From NCBI RefSeq assembly GCF_003790525.1, contig NZ_CP033635.1: a DNA stretch of 64,000 nucleotides. The stretch is one strand, 5' to 3'. Below the pieces are notes generated by a model, which worked only from the letters and a program-made list of their open reading frames with translations, was not told where the DNA came from and ran no database searches. Shown piece by piece: positions 56,159 through 64,000 of the stretch; the stretch's first letter is position 1, and the number at the start of each line of letters is the position of its first letter. A program made the position numbers and the translations under genes. The stretch comes from Escherichia coli. Lineage in GTDB: Bacteria; Pseudomonadota; Gammaproteobacteria; Enterobacterales; Enterobacteriaceae.

Positions 56159-57442
56159 ATGGCTGATACAAAAGCAAAACTCACCCTCAACGGGGACACA
56201 GCTGTTGAACTGGATGTGCTGAAAGGCACGCTGGGTCAAGATGTTATTGATATCCGTACTCTCGGTTCAAAAGGTGTGTTCACCTTTGACCCAGGCTTCA
56301 CTTCAACCGCATCCTGCGAATCTAAAATTACTTTTATTGATGGTGATGAAGGTATTTTGCTGCACCGCGGTTTCCCGATCGATCAGCTGGCGACCGATTC
56401 TAACTACCTGGAAGTTTGTTACATCCTGCTGAATGGTGAAAAACCAACTCAGGAACAGTATGACGAATTTAAAACTACGGTGACCCGTCATACCATGATC
56501 CACGAGCAGATTACCCGTCTGTTCCATGCTTTCCGTCGCGACTCGCATCCAATGGCAGTCATGTGTGGTATTACCGGCGCGCTGGCGGCGTTCTATCACG
56601 ACTCGCTGGATGTTAACAATCCTCGTCATCGTGAAATTGCCGCGTTCCGCCTGCTGTCGAAAATGCCGACCATGGCCGCGATGTGTTACAAGTATTCCAT
56701 TGGTCAGCCATTCGTTTACCCGCGCAACGATCTCTCCTATGCCGGTAACTTCCTGAATATGATGTTCTCCACGCCGTGCGAACCGTATGAAGTTAATCCG
56801 ATTCTGGAACGTGCTATGGACCGTATTCTGATCCTGCACGCTGACCATGAACAGAACGCCTCTACCTCCACCGTGCGTACCGCTGGCTCTTCGGGGGCGA
56901 ACCCGTTTGCCTGTATCGCAGCAGGTATTGCTTCACTGTGGGGACCTGCGCACGGTGGTGCTAACGAAGCGGCGCTGAAAATGCTGGAAGAAATCAGCTC
57001 CGTTAAACACATTCCGGAATTTGTTCGTCGTGCGAAAGACAAAAATGACTCTTTCCGCCTGATGGGCTTCGGGCACCGCGTGTACAAAAATTACGACCCG
57101 CGCGCCACCGTAATGCGTGAAACCTGCCATGAAGTGCTGAAAGAGCTGGGTACCAAAGATGACCTGCTGGAAGTGGCTATGGAGCTGGAAAACATCGCGC
57201 TGAACGACCCGTACTTTATCGAGAAGAAACTCTACCCGAACGTCGATTTCTACTCTGGTATCATCCTGAAAGCGATGGGTATTCCGTCTTCTATGTTCAC
57301 CGTGATCTTCGCGATGGCGCGTACCGTTGGCTGGATCGCCCACTGGAGCGAAATGCACAGTGACGGTATGAAGATTGCCCGTCCGCGTCAGCTGTATACA
57401 GGATATGAAAAACGCGACTTTAAAAGCGATATCAAGCGTTAA
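56159..57442 (+). CDS. gltA: Citrate synthase, 427 aa
   Basis: Full-length match. Confidence 0.97.
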   Translation: MADTKAKLTLNGDTAVELDVLKGTLGQDVIDIRTLGSKGVFTFDPGFTSTASCESKITFIDGDEGILLHRGFPIDQLATDSNYLEVCYILLNGEKPTQEQYDEFKTTVTRHTMIHEQITRLFHAFRRDSHPMAVMCGITGALAAFYHDSLDVNNPRHREIAAFRLLSKMPTMAAMCYKYSIGQPFVYPRNDLSYAGNFLNMMFSTPCEPYEVNPILERAMDRILILHADHEQNASTSTVRTAGSSGANPFACIAAGIASLWGPAHGGANEAALKMLEEISSVKHIPEFVRRAKDKNDSFRLMGFGHRVYKNYDPRATVMRETCHEVLKELGTKDDLLEVAMELENIALNDPYFIEKKLYPNVDFYSGIILKAMGIPSSMFTVIFAMARTVGWIAHWSEMHSDGMKIARPRQLYTGYEKRDFKSDIKR

Positions 57443-57470
57443 TGGTTGATTGCTAAGCCGTTCACTTTCC

Positions 57471-57503
57471 GGACCCGCCTTTAATAGAGCGGGTTCTTTT
57501 TAT
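57471..57503 (+). terminator. Intrinsic terminator after gltA
   Basis: GGACCCGC..GCGGGTTC hairpin followed by TTTTTAT. Confidence 0.75.
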
Positions 57504-57588
57504 ATGGCTGAACATAAAAAATTGTAAAAATTAAACCAGATGCAAATACCCATTAATAAGGTGAAAAAATATTTCACCGGAAACACAG

Positions 57589-57963
57589 GTGATTGATTTT
57601 GGTAAATTTAATCTGCTGGATATTCGCCGCCACACAATGTCGAAAACATTCAGTATTAACACGACAAAATCACAAAATGACCAATGCACCGACGGATTTA
57701 AAGTCAGTTCCTCCTTTTATACCGAAGAAACGTTGGTTGAAGAAGATAAAGCATTGTTGATTGGTAATAGTCTGAAGCTACGTTTGCTGGATGAAAACGC
57801 CTCGCCTTATACATTCAATAAATATGCTGAATACGCCGATTTCACCAGTGATATGCTGATCTACGAAAAAACCTATACGGCTGAATTATCGTCCACACCT
57901 GGCACTCTCATCGCGGCGGGTCCCTTCGATACAGTGGTACTTTTTAAGATTAACTATAACTGA
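57589..57963 (+). pseudogene. Fimbrial-subunit-like C-terminal fragment; probable remnant of the chaperone-usher operon (ybgD-ybgQ-ybgP-ybgO) that lies between gltA and abrB in K-12
   Basis: 124-aa ORF ending ...TVVLFKINYN, typical of a fimbrial subunit or adhesin C-terminal beta strand. Only about 630 bp separate gltA and abrB here. Confidence 0.45.
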
Positions 57964-58114
57964 TTTAACACGACGCCCTTTTCAGCCGGAAAGGGCAACG
58001 TATTCAGATTATTGCTGATTTTCCCCTTTTCCTTGATTACCGTTATTTTTTCCAGACCCAGCTTTCTTTATGCTGTATCGATACACCAAAGAGAAAATAA
58101 TGAGGAAGCGAAGG

Positions 58115-59161
58115 ATGCCAGTTTTGCAGTGGGGAATGTTATGTGTGCTCTCACTTCTACTTTCTATTGGCTTCCTCGGATTACATCTCCCGGCGGCGCT
58201 ATTACTTGGGCCGATGCTCGCCGGGATCATCTTCAGTATGCGCGGAATTACTTTACAACTCCCCCGCTCCGCTTTTCTCGCCGCGCAGGCCATTCTTGGC
58301 TGCATGATTGCGCAAAACCTGACCGGTTCGATCCTGACCACGCTAGCGGTGAACTGGCCGATTGTGTTAGCTATTTTACTGGTGACGCTGCTTTCCAGCG
58401 CCATCGTGGGTTGGTTATTGGTGCGCTATAGCTCATTGCCTGGAAATACCGGTGCCTGGGGTTCTTCTCCTGGCGGCGCGGCGGCAATGGTCGCTATGGC
58501 GCAAGATTACGGCGCAGATATTCGCCTGGTGGCGTTTATGCAATATCTGCGCGTGCTGTTCGTCGCGGGGGCCGCTGTTCTGGTCACCCGCATGATGCTG
58601 GGCGATAACGCTGAAGCGGTTAACCAGCAGATCGTCTGGTTCCCGCCAGTGAGCATTAATCTCCTGCTTACGATTTTGCTCGCGGTCGTTGCCGGTACGG
58701 CGGGATGCTTGCTACGTCTTCCTTCCGGCACGATGCTCATCCCGATGCTGGCGGGCGCAGTGCTCCAGTCTGGTCAGCTCATCACCATCGAACTACCAGA
58801 ATGGCTGCTGGCGATGGCGTATATGGCAATTGGCTGGCGGATTGGTCTTGGTTTCGATAAGCAAATCTTACTGCGGGCATTGCGCCCGCTGCCACAAATC
58901 TTGCTGTCGATTTTTGCTCTGCTGGCTATTTGTGCAGGTATGGCGTGGGGACTGACCCGATTTATGCATATTGATTTTATGACTGCCTACCTCGCCACCA
59001 GTCCCGGCGGGCTTGATACCGTGGCGGTCATCGCCGCAGGGAGCAATGCCGATATGGCGCTCATCATGGCGATGCAAACCCTGCGCCTGTTCAGTATTTT
59101 GCTAACGGGGCCTGCCATCGCACGGTTTATTTCAACCTATGCGCCGAAGCGTTCGGCCTAG
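58115..59161 (+). CDS. abrB: AbrB-family (AidB regulator) membrane protein, 348 aa
   Basis: Start at the MPVLQWGML Met; polytopic membrane protein. Confidence 0.88.
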
Positions 59162-59949
59162 TGCTGGCAGCCAGGGCACCAGTAAAACGGGCGCGATGAC
59201 AGCGTGGTTTTCTCAATGATGCCGCCACAGCGTTCGCAAGGTTCGCCATCACGATGAAAAACCTTAAAGCGAAACAGCGCCCCATGATATTTGTTTTCAT
59301 CCACCTGCCCCCGCGTAGCGTAAGAAAGTCGCGGAATATCCAGTAACGCGTGTGCGAGTGCGTCCAGTTGCGCCGCATTGAGATCTTTCGCTTTATGATT
59401 TCCGGTCAACCCAACCTGCCAGAGGATCTCCACCCGCAAATAATTGCCAAGTCCTGCCAGAAACGCCTGATCGAGCAGTAATCCAGCAAACTGACGGTTA
59501 CGAAAGCGCGGCGACAATAACCGTTCTTTCGCCACCTCCGGCGTCAGTTTCGGATCCAGCACATCGGGACCAACGCGTTGTAAAAACGGATGCGTGGTCA
59601 GTTGTTCCGGGGTCAACATCTCAATATCCGAGGCGCTATAAAGCAGAATGGTTTTGTCAGCCGTTTGCAGTTTTACCCGCAATACTCGCGTGGTCTGCGG
59701 CTCTTCGCCGGTTTCAACCACGCGCCAGACGCCGTAAAGCTGATTATGGCTGTAGAGCGTTAAGTCGTTGGAAAAATGAGTTAACAACGCCTTACCACGC
59801 GTTTCCACATGGGTAACGTGTTGACCGATAAGTCGTGATTGATAAGATTTTAACTGCGGGAAGGCAAACCAGACATCAGTTAGTGGTTTGCCTTTGATCG
59901 CCGCCTCCAGGTTATCCGCTGCACGGCGGATCTCCGGGCCTTCAGGCAT
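59158..59949 (-). CDS. nei: Endonuclease VIII (DNA glycosylase/AP lyase), 263 aa
   Basis: N-terminal MPEGPEI catalytic motif and C-terminal zinc finger (CERCGG...CPGCQ). Confidence 0.95.
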
Positions 59950-59984
59950 GGTGATATCCTTTTTTCATTCTTTATTAAGCGGGG

Positions 59985-60719
59985 TTATGCTGCGACAACA
60001 ATCCCCTTTTCAGCAAATGTAGCTCGTAATCGGCGGGCGAACGCCAGTGCGTGCTCGCCATCGCCATGCAGGCAGACCGTTTGCGCCGTGACCGTTGCCC
60101 ATTCGCCGGTGATACTTTTGACTCTGCCGTGTTGCACCATCTCCAGCGTTTGCGCAAGCGCCTGTTCTTCGTCTTCAATCAGCGCGCCTGGCTGGCTTCG
60201 CGGCACCAGCGAGCCGTCAGCCTGGTAACCGCGATCGGCAAACACTTCCTCGCGCGTTGTCAGGCCATATTGCTTGCCTGCACGAATCAGCTCGCTTCCC
60301 GCCAGCCCGACGAGAATCAATGCCGGATCGCAAGCGTATACCGCTCTGGCGATGGCGTCTGCCAGTTGTGCCTCTTTCGCCGCCTGGTTGTATAACATGC
60401 CGTGCGGTTTGACATGACGCATTACGCCGCCTTGCGCACGGGCAATCGCTGCCAGCGCGCCAATTTGATACAGCGTCTGGGCGAAAGCGGTTTCTGGCGG
60501 CAGCTGCATGGCGCTGCGACCAAAATTTTCCCTGTCGGGAAAACTCGGGTGAGCGCCAATCGCAACACCATTTTTTATTGCTTCACGCACGCAAGCCTGC
60601 ATGGTTTGCGCATCGCCTGCATGAAATCCACAGGCAATATTGGCAGAGGAAACCAGCGTTAATAGCTCTGCGTCGCTGGCATAGCCTTCGCCCAGATCGG
60701 CGTTCAGGTCAATTTTCAT
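59985..60719 (-). CDS. pxpA: 5-Oxoprolinase subunit A (LamB/YcsF family), 244 aa
   Basis: Full-length match to YbgL. Confidence 0.9.
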   Translation of the reverse strand: MKIDLNADLGEGYASDAELLTLVSSANIACGFHAGDAQTMQACVREAIKNGVAIGAHPSFPDRENFGRSAMQLPPETAFAQTLYQIGALAAIARAQGGVMRHVKPHGMLYNQAAKEAQLADAIARAVYACDPALILVGLAGSELIRAGKQYGLTTREEVFADRGYQADGSLVPRSQPGALIEDEEQALAQTLEMVQHGRVKSITGEWATVTAQTVCLHGDGEHALAFARRLRATFAEKGIVVAA

Positions 60720-61641
60720 TGTGCAGCCGCCACGCTAATTGTTCGAAATAACGTTGCTGATCTTGCCGTGCTTTCAGTGCTTCTTCCAGTGAACACTGGA
60801 CAAAATGAATCGGCTGACCGAGCGGAATTTGCGCCAGATGGTACATATCAGCCTCGATGATACAGGCAATACGCGGATAACCACCGGTGGTCTGTGCGTC
60901 GTTCATCAACACAATGGGCTGCCCGTTATGCGGCACCTGCACCACGCCCGGTAACAAACCGTGAGATAACAGTTCGCGATCGGTGGTGCGTTTTAAAATT
61001 TGCCCCTGTAAGCGATAGCCCATGCGGTTACTTTGCGAGCTAAGCTGCCAGGGCGAACGCCAGAATGCATCCTGCGAGGTGCGATCGAACTCATGATATT
61101 CCGGCCCCGGCAAGGCGCGAATGCGGTTGCCCCACAGCAGCTGTTTAACGCCCTGCGCTTCCATAAAATCACGCTTCGCTTTGCCAATCGGGAGACGGTC
61201 ACCATCCTTCAGTAAACGGCCTTCCAGCCCACCAATCCCCACTTTGAGATCGGTACTGCATGACCCCATTACCGCCGGAACATCAATACCACCCGCGACC
61301 GCCAGATAACTGCGCATCCCGTGCTGCGGGCGTTTAAGCGTTAAACGCTGGCCTGCTTTCATCGGCAATCGCCAGCCGGTCCAGACGGCGTTATCATCCA
61401 GCCGCGCTTCGCAACCGGCCCCCGTCAGAGCAAACCACCCATCAGTTTCGAACTCAACCGTTAACTGACCGAGCGTGATCTCCAGCGCGGGGGCATTGGC
61501 GTCATTACCCACCAGCAGGTTAGCAATGCGCAGCGCAGGCATATCCAGTGCGCCGCAGTGGCTGATACCCGACTGGCGAAAACCGTGACGACCGCCATCC
61601 TGCACAGTGGTATACATGCCCGCACGAATAATCTTCAGCAT
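60709..61641 (-). CDS. pxpC: 5-Oxoprolinase subunit C, 310 aa
   Basis: Full-length match to YbgK. Confidence 0.9.
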   Translation of the reverse strand: MLKIIRAGMYTTVQDGGRHGFRQSGISHCGALDMPALRIANLLVGNDANAPALEITLGQLTVEFETDGWFALTGAGCEARLDDNAVWTGWRLPMKAGQRLTLKRPQHGMRSYLAVAGGIDVPAVMGSCSTDLKVGIGGLEGRLLKDGDRLPIGKAKRDFMEAQGVKQLLWGNRIRALPGPEYHEFDRTSQDAFWRSPWQLSSQSNRMGYRLQGQILKRTTDRELLSHGLLPGVVQVPHNGQPIVLMNDAQTTGGYPRIACIIEADMYHLAQIPLGQPIHFVQCSLEEALKARQDQQRYFEQLAWRLHNEN

Positions 61642-62291
61642 ACTCCCTCCTTCTGCGGTACAAAGCGCACGCTGTCTCCCGGACGTAATAAGATGGGTTC
61701 GTCACGCGCCGGATCAAACAGGCTGAGTGAGGTATGACCAATCAACTGCCAGCCACCCGGCGTTGCCAGCGGATAAACACCAGTCTGCGGCCCGCCGATC
61801 CCGACAGAACCTGCAGGAACGAGCAAGCGCGGTTCAGCGCGCCGTGGCGTGTGTAGTTGTTCCGGCAAACTCCCGAGATACGGGAAGCCCGGTTGAAAAC
61901 CTAAAAACCAGACCACGTAGTCCACGGAGGAGTGCAATTCAACAACCTGTTTCTCACTCAACCCACAATGCGCCGCGACCACTGCTAAATCCGGTCCGCC
62001 TGCACCACCGTAAACCACCGGAATTTCAATAAAGCGAGACTCCGGCTCCAGCGCCTCACTCTCCTCCCACCAGCGTTGCAAACGCTCTATGGCATCCAGC
62101 GCCAGCGACTCAGGATTACGCAAAATCACCGTGATATTGTTCATGCCGGGAATAGCTTCAACCACATTCGGCATATCCACCAGACGCTGTGCCAATCGCC
62201 AGATCCGTTTCTGGCTAGCCAGCGTCACCGGCGGTTCCAGCTCCAGCACTACCGCCGTTTCACCTATCAGATAACAACGCGCTCGTTGCAC
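61635..62291 (-). CDS. pxpB: 5-Oxoprolinase subunit B, 218 aa
   Basis: Full-length match to YbgJ. Confidence 0.9.
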   Translation of the reverse strand: MQRARCYLIGETAVVLELEPPVTLASQKRIWRLAQRLVDMPNVVEAIPGMNNITVILRNPESLALDAIERLQRWWEESEALEPESRFIEIPVVYGGAGGPDLAVVAAHCGLSEKQVVELHSSVDYVVWFLGFQPGFPYLGSLPEQLHTPRRAEPRLLVPAGSVGIGGPQTGVYPLATPGGWQLIGHTSLSLFDPARDEPILLRPGDSVRFVPQKEGVC

Positions 62292-62313
62292 TTTCGATCC
62301 CTCTGATTATTCG

Positions 62314-63057
62314 TTATGCAGGATTAGGAATATCAATAAAGGTCACATCAAGATCGGTATTTTCATTCAGCCACTCGCTCAACGCGCGAATACCACCACG
62401 TTCAGTGGCATGGTGACCCGCAGCATAAAAATGCAATCCCTGCTCGCGGGCTGAATGAATGGTCTGTTCAGAAACTTCGCCAGTAATAAAAGCATCCACG
62501 CCAAAACGCGCGGCGCTATCGATAAAACTTTGCCCGCCGCCCGTGCACCAGGCAACGCGCTGGACCACCTCAGGTCCGGTATCGCCACACCATAACGGCT
62601 TACGTCCCAGACGCGCTTCAATCCAGGAGGCCAGTTCCAGTCCCGGCACAGGCATGGTCAGTTCGCCCCACGGCACCAACGGCTCAATTTCGCCCATGAC
62701 CGTGATCCCCAGTAACGCCGCCAGTTGTGCGTTATTACCCAGCTCCGGATGCGCGTCCAGGGGCAGATGCCAGCCATACAGGTTGATATCATTCGCCAGC
62801 AACGTTTTTAAACGGTTACGCTTCATTCCGCGAATGACCGGAGATTCACCTTTCCAGAAGTAGCCATGATGCACAATGACCGCATCCGCGCCCAGACGCA
62901 CTGCCTCATCGAGCAAAGCCTGGCTGGCAGTGACACCGGTAACAATTTTTTGCACCGTCTCTTTGCCTTCCACCTGCAAACCATTCGGCGCGTAATCACT
63001 AATCGCCGCGCTGTTCAGTTTTTCGTTAATCAGTTGTTCCAGTTCGGTGTTTTTCAT
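62314..63057 (-). CDS. ybgI: Nif3-family metal-binding protein (GTP cyclohydrolase 1 type 2 homologue), 247 aa
   Basis: Full-length match. Confidence 0.9.
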   Translation of the reverse strand: MKNTELEQLINEKLNSAAISDYAPNGLQVEGKETVQKIVTGVTASQALLDEAVRLGADAVIVHHGYFWKGESPVIRGMKRNRLKTLLANDINLYGWHLPLDAHPELGNNAQLAALLGITVMGEIEPLVPWGELTMPVPGLELASWIEARLGRKPLWCGDTGPEVVQRVAWCTGGGQSFIDSAARFGVDAFITGEVSEQTIHSAREQGLHFYAAGHHATERGGIRALSEWLNENTDLDVTFIDIPNPA

Positions 63058-63144
63058 CTTCGCGCCTTCCGTATTCTGATAGCTACACCGTTAACATAGC
63101 GTTACCTCGCCTGTTCGTCGATAGCCAATCTTTTGACATATTAA

Positions 63145-64000
<856 letters not shown>

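Overview
This window is an Escherichia coli chromosomal segment with a K-12-like backbone, read in reverse orientation relative to the K-12 map: (ybhJ 5' end)-ybhI-ybhH-ybhD-pgl-ybhA-modCBA-acrZ-modEF-galETKM-gpmA-aroG-ybgS-zitB-pnuC-nadA-tRNA(Lys/Val) array-cpoB-pal-tolBARQ-ybgC-ybgE-cydX-cydBA ... sucDCBA-sdhBADC-gltA-abrB-nei-pxpACB-ybgI-dtpD. Gene identities were assigned by recognising the translated ORFs as near-identical to well-known E. coli proteins; no database search was run. Between cydA and sucD, where K-12 carries mngR-mngA-mngB, there is instead a roughly 13.5 kb island with no integrase, transposase or flanking tRNA. The island has two parts. The first is an AT-rich two-gene module (314 aa and 140 aa) with no family I can recognise, which I consider the best candidate for an undescribed system. 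The second is a glutamate-to-mesaconate/citramalate cluster: glutamate mutase S/L/E, methylaspartate ammonia-lyase, a DUF1446/DUF4387 pair, a DAACS transporter, a class I fumarase (FumD-type mesaconase), a BtuR-like corrinoid adenosyltransferase and a LysR regulator. Other strain-level differences from K-12 are an in-frame nonsense codon in zitB, absence of the ybgD-ybgQ-ybgP-ybgO fimbrial operon (only a C-terminal fragment remains), and six rather than seven tRNAs in the Lys/Val array. No CRISPR array, IS element or prophage gene was seen.
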